DNA from: an uncultured Acidobacteriota bacterium
GTDB taxonomy: Bacteria; Acidobacteriota; Blastocatellia; RBC074
Length of the DNA stretch: 64,000 bases
Direction of reading: 5' to 3'
Assembly (NCBI GenBank): GCA_963796275.1
Contig: CAWCKY010000006.1
Location: 352,001 to 416,000, forward strand
Below the pieces are notes generated by a model. The model saw nothing but the letters and a program-made list of their open reading frames with translations. It was not told the origin of the DNA and did not search any database. Shown here piece by piece: positions 9,658 through 20,767 of the stretch. Numbering within the stretch: the stretch's first letter is position 1; each line of letters begins with the position of its first letter. Both the position numbers and the translations under genes were made by a program.

Positions 9658-10404
9658 TTATCGCGCATAGAGGGAGACTTTCGGCGCCGTCCGCGAGTAC
9701 GAATTCGCCTTGCTGAAGTGGAATTCGACGCCGCTGATCGCCCGATCATTACCGCGCAGATCGATGGCGCGCGTCTGACCGCCCGCAGCAATCCGGTTGC
9801 GAAGGTCGACCTCTTCTTTGCTGCCGTTTGCAAATTGAACCACAACGCGCTGAAACTCTACCGGTGCGCCGGCGACGCGCAGCTGAATGCTTTGAAATCT
9901 GCCCTCGGTTCGGCCAATCCCGATCCGGTCGTGATCACTCTGGCCGTTCACCGTCGTCTGTCCCAGATAGACCCAGGGGCCTGGTTTCGGGTTGACTTTC
10001 TCCCCGTAGAGGGACACGCGCGGTAGAGAGCTCGCCCGCCAATTCGCCTTGCTGAAGTGGAAGTCGACGCTGCTGATAACCCTGTCATAACCGCGTAGAT
10101 CGATGGCGCGCGTCTGACCGCCCGCAGCAATCCGGTTGCGAAGGTCGACCTCTTCCTTGCCGCCGTTTACGAAATTGACAACAACGCGCTGAAACTCTAC
10201 CGGTGCGCCGGCGACGCGCAGCTGAATGCTTTGAAATCTGCCCTCGTTTCGGCCGATCCCGATCCGGTCGTGATCACTCTGGCCATTCACAGTCGTCTGT
10301 CCCAGATAAACCCATCGTTTGGCTTCTTTGGCAAGGCCCGCCTGGCCGATGCTCAACAGCAAGAATAAAGCTCCCACGATTCGCGTAAATTTTGATGTCG
10401 CCAT
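9658..10404 (-). CDS. Secreted protein with two near-identical DUF2541/YaaI-like domains
   Basis: Signal peptide; a 113-aa unit WVYLGQTTVNGQSDHDRIGIGR...RAIDLRG.DR.IS.V.FHFSKAN occurs twice (339-nt offset). Confidence 0.75.
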   Translation of the reverse strand: MATSKFTRIVGALFLLLSIGQAGLAKEAKRWVYLGQTTVNGQSDHDRIGIGRNEGRFQSIQLRVAGAPVEFQRVVVNFVNGGKEEVDLRNRIAAGGQTRAIDLRGYDRVISSVDFHFSKANWRASSLPRVSLYGEKVNPKPGPWVYLGQTTVNGQSDHDRIGIGRTEGRFQSIQLRVAGAPVEFQRVVVQFANGSKEEVDLRNRIAAGGQTRAIDLRGNDRAISGVEFHFSKANSYSRTAPKVSLYAR

Positions 10405-10532
10405 ATTTTCTCCTCGTTACTTTTATTTTTGTTTTATCAGTGCGCTTCATACCTCGCATTTCAGCGCCATTCCCCGTTATTCAAACTGTTCAAACCCTTC
10501 TACTCTCTAAATTCCGCAGTCGATAACACTTT

Positions 10533-10549
10533 TGCATCTCGCGTGCCAA
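10533..10549 (-). promoter_or_regulatory. Sigma-54 (-24/-12) promoter
   Basis: Minus strand reads TTGGCACGCGAGATGCA, matching TGGCACG-N4-TTGC with one mismatch, about 130 bp upstream of the DUF2541-like gene. Confidence 0.7.
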
Positions 10550-10694
10550 CGCTGTCCATGGTCATCTTTCATCCCGAAATGCTGTGATCAGGAGGGTTCC
10601 GCTGATGTTTCGTTGATGTGTGCACGTATGGTATCGCAGCCGAGGATACGATGTGGTATAGGAGAGAGTCGGAACGGTATGTGAGTGCGAAACT

Positions 10695-10925
10695 TCACAT
10701 ATTTATCGCACGCCAACTTTCACATAAATCGTGCGCGGCTCTGCCCATGTCGGGAAGAGAAAACTGAATCCCGACTGTTGCAGTATGCCCGGAATAACTC
10801 GGCGACTCTTTAAGATCAATTCTGTTTCGGTACATATCAGGGAGAGCGCCTATCTCCAACATCCAAACGGTTGCCGGCAGCCCAAACCTGATTCCCCATG
10901 CCTGGCGCAGGATTCGCATACAAAA
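10695..10925 (-). pseudogene. C-terminal remnant of a TIGR01777/DUF1731 epimerase-like gene
   Basis: Reads MRILRQAWGIRFGLPATVWMLEIGA / TETELILKSRRVIPGILQQSGFSFLFPTWA / AAHDLC across two frameshifts; the N-terminus is missing. Confidence 0.7.
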
Positions 10926-10983
10926 ACTTTGTTTCCCCAGTACTTAAGGTCTTTAAAAAATAGATGCGGCCACGCCATCCAGC

Positions 10984-11044
10984 GTAGGGGAGGCCTGTGT
11001 GTCTGCCCGGATTTATGTTGCGCTGCTCAGGGCAGACACGCAGG
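10984..11044. repeat. Degenerate GTAG-type REP-like inverted repeat
   Basis: GTAGGGG followed by CCTGTGTGTCTGCCC (10994-11008) and GGGCAGACACGCAGG (11030-11044), 14/15 complementary. Confidence 0.55.
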
Positions 11045-11113
11045 TAAAACATGCAGTTTGTCCCACGTGTTTGCTGTTATAGAAAGTTCAATCGTTGATG
11101 GCAACAATCGATG

Positions 11114-11677
11114 CTATTCGATCCTTCGAGTCACATACGCACCTTCCATATGTTTGTTCATCCGCACGGCTGGAAGCGCCATATCGCCGGGCATGGTAAT
11201 TTCAAACCTTTCCGCAACCGCAAAACCCAAAGCTTTGTAAAATGGCTCGCCCGGTAAGGTGGCAACCAATTCAAGCGTCACGTATCCAGCTTTTAGAGCC
11301 GCATCCTCGCAGGCATCCAGAATTCTGCTTCCGATCCCTTTCCGCGCCCAGCCTGGGTGAACAAAAAACGCGCGAATTCGGGCTGGTTCAATATCAGGAT
11401 CAAGTAAGGCATCCTCACCTGACTTGGTCTGATCGCCCCCGAAGAGGGTTTTGCGCATGCTCCAGCCGCCGCAACCGACAATCTGACCTGCCGCCTCGGC
11501 GACAAAATAAGTGCCATCGACGATGAGCTGGGAATCAACACCGAAGATATTTACCAAAGCGCTCTCGATTTGTTGCTCGGAGTAATAACCCTTACTCAGA
11601 CGGCGAACCGAGTCCGATATAAGATGTTCGAGCGCCGGCATATCATCATTCGTCGCTCTGCGAATCAGTATATTCAT
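11114..11677 (-). CDS. GNAT-family N-acetyltransferase
   Basis: Likely start MNILIRRAT at 11677; motifs IVGCGGW, RIRAFFVHPGWARKGIGS, PFYKALGF. Confidence 0.88.
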   Translation of the reverse strand: MNILIRRATNDDMPALEHLISDSVRRLSKGYYSEQQIESALVNIFGVDSQLIVDGTYFVAEAAGQIVGCGGWSMRKTLFGGDQTKSGEDALLDPDIEPARIRAFFVHPGWARKGIGSRILDACEDAALKAGYVTLELVATLPGEPFYKALGFAVAERFEITMPGDMALPAVRMNKHMEGAYVTRRIE

Positions 11678-11717
11678 AATGATCGAATCCGCTCGATGAA
11701 CGCAGCTCTGCAACCTC

Positions 11718-12749
11718 CTAGGGATTCGTCGGCATTGGGTTTCGCTCGACAAACTGGCGCTGATGCCAGTACGGATAAATCGGCGTAATTGCGCTGGCAG
11801 CATCTAGTTGAGCAACCTGTTTTTCAGTCAGATTCCATCCGGCTGCGCCCAGGTTTTGTCTGAGCTGCGACTCGTCGCGTGCGCCGATAATCACGCTCGC
11901 CACAGTGGGGCGCTGTAACAGCCAGTTCAGAGCGATCTGTGTCACTGTCTTTCCCGTTTCCCTGGCCACATCATCCAGAGCATCGACTACGTTATAGAGC
12001 AGCTCATCGGGGACAGGCGGACCCTGTTCTGCAGTCTGATGCAGTCTGCTGACCGGGGGGAGCGGCTGGTTACGACGGATCTTACCGGTGAGGCGTCCCC
12101 ACCCCAGCGGGCTCCAGACGAGCGTCCCGATCTTCTGGTCGAGCGCGAGCGGCATAAGTTCCCACTCGTATTCGCGCCCGATAAGCGAATAATAGGCCTG
12201 ATGGGCGGCATAGCGGGTCCATCCATACCTATCCGAAACAGCAAGCGACTTCATCAGATGCCAGCCGGAGAAATTGGAACAGGCGATGTAGCGAACCTTA
12301 CCGCTTTGTACGAGATCGTCGAGCGTTCGCAGCGCTTCTTCGACGGGAGTCAGCGCATCGAATCCATGCAGGGTATAAATGTCTATGTAATCTGTATTCA
12401 ACCGGCGCAAACTAGCTTCGCACGAAATTGTCAGATGATGGCGTGAAGAGCCGACGTCGTTCGGGTCTTCGCCCATACGAAAGGTCGCCTTGGTTGAAAT
12501 GAGAGCTTTGTTTCGGCGCCCTGAGATAGCTTGGCCCAGGACCTCTTCCGACAGGCCATTGGAATAAATATCTGCGGTATCGAACAGGTTGGCGCCCGCA
12601 TCCAAACAAATATCGACCAGACGGCGCGCCTCTGCGACGTCGGTATCGCCCCAGGCGCGGAAGAATTCGTTTCCACCGCCGAAGGTAGCTGCGCCGAAAC
12701 TGAGGGCGGGCACCTTCAAGCCAGATCCGCCGAGTTGTCTATATTCCAT
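11718..12749 (-). CDS. Aldo/keto reductase
   Basis: MEYRQLGGSGLKV, FDTADIYS, SLRRLNTDYID, GKVRYIACSN, WSPLGWG, QIALNWLL. Confidence 0.95.
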   Translation of the reverse strand: MEYRQLGGSGLKVPALSFGAATFGGGNEFFRAWGDTDVAEARRLVDICLDAGANLFDTADIYSNGLSEEVLGQAISGRRNKALISTKATFRMGEDPNDVGSSRHHLTISCEASLRRLNTDYIDIYTLHGFDALTPVEEALRTLDDLVQSGKVRYIACSNFSGWHLMKSLAVSDRYGWTRYAAHQAYYSLIGREYEWELMPLALDQKIGTLVWSPLGWGRLTGKIRRNQPLPPVSRLHQTAEQGPPVPDELLYNVVDALDDVARETGKTVTQIALNWLLQRPTVASVIIGARDESQLRQNLGAAGWNLTEKQVAQLDAASAITPIYPYWHQRQFVERNPMPTNP

Positions 12750-12949
12750 TATTTTCCTCCCTTTCCCTTCAAAAAATTTCTATTCAGTACTCTCTTATGC
12801 AAATTTCGGTCTGTCAATGGATAATGCCTGCCCACCATATCGGAATAATCGTTGCCCGAAAACAGATGACAAATCGGCAACGATAACGGACAATTATTCC
12901 CCCGGCACTTCGAATCCCTCAAACCTGATGAGGAGGATGAATCCACAAG

Positions 12950-14119
12950 ATGCGATTAATTATTTGCGTTATGCTCCTGTGTTTGCTGGCGAGTCTCAGT
13001 GTGTTTGCTGCTGAGAACGGCCGCCGTGTAGTGATTTACAATGAGATTGCGACAGAAGTTGAAGCGCCAGCCAAAACGCTCGGGTCTCCCGGCACCGACG
13101 ATCTGTGGGTGACGCTGGCCGACCTCAAGCGCGCGACCCAATTTGTGCTCAAGCCGCAAGGCGTCTGTCGCGATGAGTTCTGCTATCCGATCCCCAAGGC
13201 GCGCCGATCGGCTTTTTTGTCTAAACAGGGATCGGTCACCTGGTTCAATCTGAGCGAGTTCGCGCGGATGCTGCGACAGCCTGCAGCTTATGACGCGGAG
13301 CAGGCTGCCTGGTACTTCGGGCCGATGGCGGAAGATCAGAACGGTTACATCGCTTCGCTCATCGCGCCTGACTTCAAGCTGCCCGACGCCCAGGGCAAGC
13401 CGCACTCGCTCTCCGATTTTCGCGGCAAAAAGGTTTTGTTGTTGACCTGGGCTTCGTGGTGAGGATGCCGCTTCGATCTGCCTGGATGGCAGAAACTTTA
13501 TAGCGAACTGAGGGAAAAAAATTTCGAGATCATTTCCGTCGCGCAGGACACGGGCGGACTTAAAGATGCAGGGAAGTGGATAGATGCAGCCAAACCGGAA
13601 TACACCGTGCTGATCGACACACAGCATCTCGTCACTCGGCTTTATAACATGGTCAATGTGCCGACCGCCGTATGGATCAATGAAAAAGGGCGCATAGTGC
13701 GGCCGAACGAAGTCGCCTTTGTAGACGATCGATATAAATCGATGCACAAACTTGAAGCCAACGAATATCTCAATGCTATTCGTGATTGGGCGGCGAACGG
13801 CGAAAAGAGCGCCTTCGTGATCCCAGCCAAAGAGCTGAAGGCCAGGATCGCGCCGCAAAACCCCGATTGGGCGCGCGCGGCGGCTGAATTCGGTCTGGCC
13901 GAATATCTCTATCGCAAGGGGTTGGGGGAGGCCTCGATCAAACATTACAAGGAAGCGCAACGACTCAACCCGGAAAGCTGGAACTACAAACGCCAGGCGT
14001 GGGCGCTCTCGGACGCCGAGCGTGATTACGGGACGAACTTTATGAAAGAGGTGCAGAAACTGAACGGTAAGCCATATTATGCGCCTCGCCAACTGCCGGA
14101 AGCGAAGAAAAAGGATTGA
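12950..14119 (+). CDS. Secreted redoxin (TlpA/AhpC-like) selenoprotein with a U-G-C active site and TPR-like C-terminus (389 aa)
   Basis: ORFs 12950-13462 and 13607-14119 share a frame and are separated only by TGA 13460-13462 in APDFKLPD..LSDFRGKKVLLLTWASW-U-GCRFDLP; SECIS-like hairpin follows. Confidence 0.85.
13477..13493 (+). promoter_or_regulatory. Putative bacterial SECIS hairpin
   Basis: TCTGCC-TGGAT-GGCAGA: 6-bp stem with a G-containing loop, starting 14 nt after the in-frame TGA. Confidence 0.6.
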
Positions 14120-14492
14120 TGCAGAATTCCGGTTAAGCTGCAAGTGAGAGATTTTTATGTCGGCACACAAGTAAAACTCGATGGCCCGATTCCCGGCGTC
14201 AATTTTCGATGTCGAGTTTCGGGCCGCCGGCTTTCTGGAACTCATCTATCCGACTAGATTTAACCTTGACAAAGGCATGAGCGCACCGATTTATCACACC
14301 CGCTGCCTGAGGCTGCACGCATCTGATTAGTGCGCAACTAATCCATCCTTCCAAAGAGTTACATAGTTAAATAACTGTTTGACTACTTCCCGCCAGGCAG
14401 GCTAAAATGCGCTCCGACGGCGAGCATGGCTGTTGCACTGATCGCTGGCGAATCGAATTCTGTGGTTGAACATACGAAGGAGGGAGAAAAAA

Positions 14493-15239
14493 ATGGGTGA
14501 TAAGAAGAAGATTGCGTTAATAACGGGAGCCAACCGAGGCATAGGGTTTGAAACGGCGCGTCAACTGGGGCGGAGGGAGATCAAAATCCTCCTCGGCGCA
14601 CGCAACGAGAAGCTCGGCAAAGAAGCCGAAGCCAGTCTCAAAGGCGAAGGGCTGGACGTCGAATTTTTGTTGTTGGATGCGGCTGATGAAAAAACTCACG
14701 CAAGCGCCGCGAAATATATCCAGGAAAAATTCGGTCATCTCGACATCCTCATCAACAACTCGGGAGTCAATCTCGAGGGCAACCCTGAAAATCCAATAAA
14801 ACCGGCGAGTCAAACGCCGCTCGAGATATATCGTAAAACCTTCGAGACCAACTTTTTTGGCCTCGTCGCGCTGACCCAGAAATTATTGCCGCTCATCAAG
14901 AAGAGCGATTCGGGGAGAATCGTTAATTTATCAAGTGTACTCGGCTCGACGACTTTGCATTCACAACCGGAGAGCATTATCTACGATGCGAAAGTCCCTG
15001 CTTATGATGTATCGAAAGCGGCGGTCAATTCCTTCACGGTCCATCTGGCATATGAACTCAAGGACACGCCGATCAAAGTCAATGCCGCGCATCCGGGCTG
15101 GGTAAAAACCGATATGGGCGGGGAGAATGCGCCGATGGGGATAGAAGACGGCGCCCAAACCTCAGTGGCTCTGGCCTTACTCGCAGACGATGGTCCTACC
15201 GGAAAATTTATTCATCTAGACAGGGAACTCCCCTGGTGA
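14493..15239 (+). CDS. Short-chain dehydrogenase/reductase (carbonyl reductase-like)
   Basis: ITGANRGIG, DILINNSG, YDVSK catalytic motif, HPGWVKTDMG; GGGAG RBS before ATG 14493. Confidence 0.93.
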   Translation: MGDKKKIALITGANRGIGFETARQLGRREIKILLGARNEKLGKEAEASLKGEGLDVEFLLLDAADEKTHASAAKYIQEKFGHLDILINNSGVNLEGNPENPIKPASQTPLEIYRKTFETNFFGLVALTQKLLPLIKKSDSGRIVNLSSVLGSTTLHSQPESIIYDAKVPAYDVSKAAVNSFTVHLAYELKDTPIKVNAAHPGWVKTDMGGENAPMGIEDGAQTSVALALLADDGPTGKFIHLDRELPW

Positions 15240-15248
15240 ATTTAAATA

Positions 15249-15559
15249 ATGAAATTTGGCATCAATATTTTGAATTTCGGGCCCGGAGCCAATCCCGCAT
15301 CTCTGGAGCGCTGGGCGCGATTTGCCGAGGATACCGGATGTGGCTTTCCGACTCTCCGCTCCCCGATGACAAACGATTGGCGGGAGAGGGGACGATAGAC
15401 CAGGTTCGCTCGGATCTCGAGGATCTGGCAGCTCTGGGTGCGGAGTACGTATTGCTGGATACTTACAGAGGGCCTGATCACAAACCGGAAGATGATTGGG
15501 CAATGCTTACCTTATTTACTGAACGGGTTCTCGATTCAGGGCCCCGTGATGTGCGCTAA
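15249..15559 (+). pseudogene. LLM-class (luciferase-like) flavin-dependent oxidoreductase with a large internal deletion
   Basis: ATG 15249 gives MKFGINILNFGPGANPASLERWARFAEDTG (LLM N-terminus), joined out of frame near 15340 to GTIDQVRSDLEDLAALGAEYVLLD (LLM C-terminus). Confidence 0.7.
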
Positions 15560-15582
15560 CGTTAATGCAGGGGTGAATACCG

Positions 15583-16020
15583 ATGGCCAAAATGCTTGAC
15601 AACATAGAGGGGATGTTGAAAGGCGATATCCCTCATCCTCCGATCGCGCAGCTTATCGGATTTCGCATCGCTTCTATTAAACCGGGAGAGGCTGTTATCG
15701 AGTTGGAAGCCCGCGAAATCCACGCCAATCCGATGGGTACGCTTCACGGGGGGGTTCTTTGCGATGTCGCGGATGCCGCAATGGGAATGGCTTTCGGCGC
15801 TACGCTCGACGAAGGCGAATCATTTACGACGCTCGAGCTTAAGATCAATTTTCTAAAGCCGGTTTGGAAGGCCAGGCTCAAAGCCGTCGGACGGGTCGTT
15901 AAACAGGGACGCACGATAAGCCTTATTGAATGCGATGTGATAGACGAGCAGGGAAGCCTGGTTGCGCGAGCTGTCAGTACCTGCATGATTTTGAGAGGCG
16001 ATATGGCGGCCGGAAGGTGA
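15583..16020 (+). CDS. PaaI-family thioesterase (hotdog fold)
   Basis: HANPMGTLHGGVLCDVADAAMG, TTLELKINFLKP. Confidence 0.93.
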   Translation: MAKMLDNIEGMLKGDIPHPPIAQLIGFRIASIKPGEAVIELEAREIHANPMGTLHGGVLCDVADAAMGMAFGATLDEGESFTTLELKINFLKPVWKARLKAVGRVVKQGRTISLIECDVIDEQGSLVARAVSTCMILRGDMAAGR

Positions 16021-16117
16021 GCGGTAAGAATAAAAACAAAACAGGCGAAATTGAAGGAAACAATTGAAATGGCCTTTTCGATCGTCTCCCTATTTCGCCT
16101 GTCTTTGTACGTTCAAT

Positions 16118-17974
16118 TCAATTGTTTATCGCCGGATTTAATCGGCCACGCTGTTCCGGCATAAATATCCTGATATCAGCTTCAAAATTGTAACTTCTAC
16201 GCTCGTTCCGTTGCTTCTGTCTGATCTTCGGAGCATTTCTGAGCTTGACGCCGGCCGGCAAGAGTTTGGCTACGAGCGATTCTGCGTGCCGGCGGATTTC
16301 CGGCGCTAATGTCATCAAATAAGATGCATCGTCCCGGGCGATCGCCTGCAACGCTTCGCGTAGCGGCTGCCAGTTCTCACCACATTCCGCATCATCGATC
16401 AACCGCGCGGCCTCATTACCGTGGCCAGTCGCCACCGCGTCGCGGAAGAACATGATGATTTCGGGCCAGGCTTCTTTGTGCAATGAGTCATTTCCTTGCT
16501 GGATGAATGCGCGCGCATGTTTGACCGCCTCAACCCAGATACCACGCCTCATTAGAATGCAGGCGAGCGTATGAATGTTGATCAGGTCCTTATCACGGCT
16601 TGCAATGATCGACCGCCGCGAATATTCCTCCGCTTCATCGAGGGGCTTATTGTTGAGATAGAGCTGCCAGGCCAGATTATTCAGGAAAGAGGCATTCTCC
16701 GGGCTCAACTTGACGGCTCTTCGATATGCTTTCTCTGCATCTTCGGGTTTGTTCAGCCTATCGCTCAGCAGAATTCCAAAATCGTGCCATACACTGGCAT
16801 TGTTCGGTTCAAGTTCGAGCGCTTTACGATAAGCGGCTGCGGCCTCCGAAACGCGATTGGCTTTATTCTGCAGTAATGACCCAAGGCATTTCCACGCCGA
16901 AGCATAGGTTGGATTGAGTTCGATTGCTTTGCGGAAGGCTCGTTCGGCTTCATCGAAGCGGTTGTGCTGCGATTTGAGTAATCGACCCAGATTATACCAG
17001 GGCAGCGCGAATTTCGAATCGAGTTCGATCGCCAGGTAGTAAGCTGCTTCCGCTTCGTCTGCGCGGTTGAGGTGTTCTATCAGTAGGTTGCCGTAATCGT
17101 TCCAGGAGTATGCGTCGTGCCCGCCCAGGGTTTTTATTTGCGGATATGCCCACTCCAGTTTCTTTCGGCTACCGGGAAGCTTTTTGATCCTGTTAGCCCA
17201 TAAGAGCCAAACGTGCGGCGTGCGGACACTTGGCAGAATCTTTTCGACTTCTTTGAGTAATCGAGGTTGATTTGAAGCATCCTGTTTAGCTAGACGAGCT
17301 ATCACTCTGAGCGATTGGTTGCCAGTGCGCATTGCCTCGGCGTCCGCTCCCTCGATGTCGGCGTAATGGTCGAGTTTTCCCGCACAGATGGCTGCCGTCA
17401 GCGATTGAAATAAGTCCGCGCCTAACTTCTTCGAGAAACGCGTAGTCTGCCGGTCGAAACTTTGTATCAAACCAGTCACCCGGTTAGCCGGCATCGATTT
17501 AATCTCGTCGGCGATCTTCTTCTTTTCATCGAGCTTCAGAAAGAGCGCCCCACCAAGCTGTTGCCAGAACTTTTCCGGCTCCCAGCCCTGCATTCGGATA
17601 TTCGCCAGACGGATCGCTGTTCGGATCGCATGGAGCTGTTGGACGCGCTCTCGGTGCGGGTTTTGTCGAGCGCTTCCGTCCGCGGGTTTTAAATTCATGA
17701 TTTCCTGAGCCTGGGCTTGGATTCGCTTGCGCGCAGCGGAACGCGCACGGAAAAGTCCGATCACGTAGGATATATAGATCAGCGTCGCTATCGATGTGAG
17801 GATGAATGCAAACAACAACCAGAGCCGTTCGGGTTCACCGCCAGAGTAAACCTTCATCAGGTCCGTGGCTACGCTGCCTATCAGCGCGAGCAATAAGGCT
17901 CCTACGATTAAAAAGATAGGCCCTTTCGCCGGTAACCATGATCCGAATATCTCTGTTGTCGCTAGCCGTTTCAA
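16118..17974 (-). CDS. Membrane-anchored tetratricopeptide-repeat protein
   Basis: Two N-terminal hydrophobic helices; about 5-6 TPRs (WNDYGNLL..EAEAAY..AIELD, WYNLGRLL..EAERAFRKAIELNP). Confidence 0.8.
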   Translation of the reverse strand: MKRLATTEIFGSWLPAKGPIFLIVGALLLALIGSVATDLMKVYSGGEPERLWLLFAFILTSIATLIYISYVIGLFRARSAARKRIQAQAQEIMNLKPADGSARQNPHRERVQQLHAIRTAIRLANIRMQGWEPEKFWQQLGGALFLKLDEKKKIADEIKSMPANRVTGLIQSFDRQTTRFSKKLGADLFQSLTAAICAGKLDHYADIEGADAEAMRTGNQSLRVIARLAKQDASNQPRLLKEVEKILPSVRTPHVWLLWANRIKKLPGSRKKLEWAYPQIKTLGGHDAYSWNDYGNLLIEHLNRADEAEAAYYLAIELDSKFALPWYNLGRLLKSQHNRFDEAERAFRKAIELNPTYASAWKCLGSLLQNKANRVSEAAAAYRKALELEPNNASVWHDFGILLSDRLNKPEDAEKAYRRAVKLSPENASFLNNLAWQLYLNNKPLDEAEEYSRRSIIASRDKDLINIHTLACILMRRGIWVEAVKHARAFIQQGNDSLHKEAWPEIIMFFRDAVATGHGNEAARLIDDAECGENWQPLREALQAIARDDASYLMTLAPEIRRHAESLVAKLLPAGVKLRNAPKIRQKQRNERRSYNFEADIRIFMPEQRGRLNPAINN

Positions 17975-18341
17975 GATACACCTCCATCTGCTGACTTATC
18001 AGCTTCTTCCGGCGAAATGCCGAATAATAAACTGTTTACAAGTTAGACGTTTGATTAGTTGGTTCATTCAAGTGTGACCGTCTGCCTTGAAATCTGTCGC
18101 GTGTTTTCTAATTGTAAAACGGAATCTAACTGCGGCTAGGGTCGGGGCAATTCTGAGTTAGCCGAAAATCATAAAGGCATTCAAGTATGATCTTGAAAAG
18201 TACCTTGCGTTTCTATTACACGGTGCTCAATCGAGTCAAGTCATGGATCGTATACGAGGGAATATTTTTAAATGGATTATGATTCGTCAAATATTTCTTT
18301 TGAGTCTAATAAATCGCAACGGCCCTCAGATGAAAAACTAT

Positions 18342-19745
<1,404 letters not shown>

Positions 19746-19904
19746 CAGGTTCTTCTCCAGTATTTTGAATTTCTAGACGACTCTTCATCACTAGTTACTG
19801 TAGTTTAATCGCTCAGCAGAATAGGCGCTAGGTCAAGTTATGTCTAGTAAGCGGGTCGAAATTTGTATTGATTGATTGGAATGGCGTACCTTCAATCTGG
19901 CGCA

Positions 19905-20645
19905 TTACTCATCTTGAATTCGGGTTCCCAGATCGATAATCCATGCCCCTGGCAGATGCTGGTTGATTAAGCGGCTATTGAGATTGAGCCACCCCGCTGC
20001 CCGGTCGAGGATATTTGAATCGGAGGTCACCGCGATTCGATCCGTAGCCAGGATCATCATTTTGTCGGGATTCATTGTAACCTCCACCTCCCACGGCCAT
20101 TGCTCTTGGGCGGCCACCTCTCTGATCCATTGCGCCAGACGGCCGCTGTTTGAAATCGGTTGATCGAGCAGCCACGTGGCGGAAGCAGGCTCCGCTGTCA
20201 TGAGAGTTTCGCCAATCAAATGAATAGCTTTTTCGGTCTCCGCGACTGACCTGTATGATCCATGGACCCCCGATAGATCGCGTATACAGTTATCGCGGCA
20301 ATATACCAGGAGGCCGCCGGAAAGAGCCGCTTCTACCGTTATGATAAGATTGAATCCATCGATCAGGAGACTTCGGCCCTTGATAGCTTCAAATGGAAGA
20401 CCTTTCTGTTCCCGCCCGTTCTGCTGGCGGTCCGAACACGCCGCTCTGGAAACAGCCAGCCGCTGTCGCTCTTTGAGCGCGTAGCGATCTCCGACGAGCT
20501 TGAGTGAGGCCTTGGCCGTGTAACCCTTGGTGAAAAGCCAGGATAGATCAGAAACCGCGCGGACCAGATCAGGGATTTGAGCCGGTGCAAAAAGCCTCCG
20601 ATCCGCCGGGTGTGCGCCTCGATGTTTGCTCTTCTCACCGTTCAT
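19905..20645 (-). CDS. DUF434-domain protein (PIN/NYN-like)
   Basis: HRGAHP, LKLVGDRYAL..RQR, IDGFNLIITVE, RDLSGVHGSY, LDQPISNSGRL. Confidence 0.8.
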   Translation of the reverse strand: MNGEKSKHRGAHPADRRLFAPAQIPDLVRAVSDLSWLFTKGYTAKASLKLVGDRYALKERQRLAVSRAACSDRQQNGREQKGLPFEAIKGRSLLIDGFNLIITVEAALSGGLLVYCRDNCIRDLSGVHGSYRSVAETEKAIHLIGETLMTAEPASATWLLDQPISNSGRLAQWIREVAAQEQWPWEVEVTMNPDKMMILATDRIAVTSDSNILDRAAGWLNLNSRLINQHLPGAWIIDLGTRIQDE

Positions 20646-20767
20646 TTTTCACCTCCCCCAACCTATTAGGCAGAAACAACGGGGAGGCATAGAATTATCT
20701 TCCCTCGGAAATGGAAATTCGATGGCCACTGCCATCCCGAAAGATATTTTAAAAACGGAGGTGGAAC

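Noticed and set aside
12956-14245. 429-aa minus-strand ORF
   Set aside because: Antisense shadow of the selenoprotein gene with no recognisable motifs; its openness is consistent with a continuous coding frame on the plus strand.
15236-15559. 107-aa ORF as an intact gene
   Set aside because: Its N-terminus is the off-frame reading of a deleted LLM gene; treated as a pseudogene.
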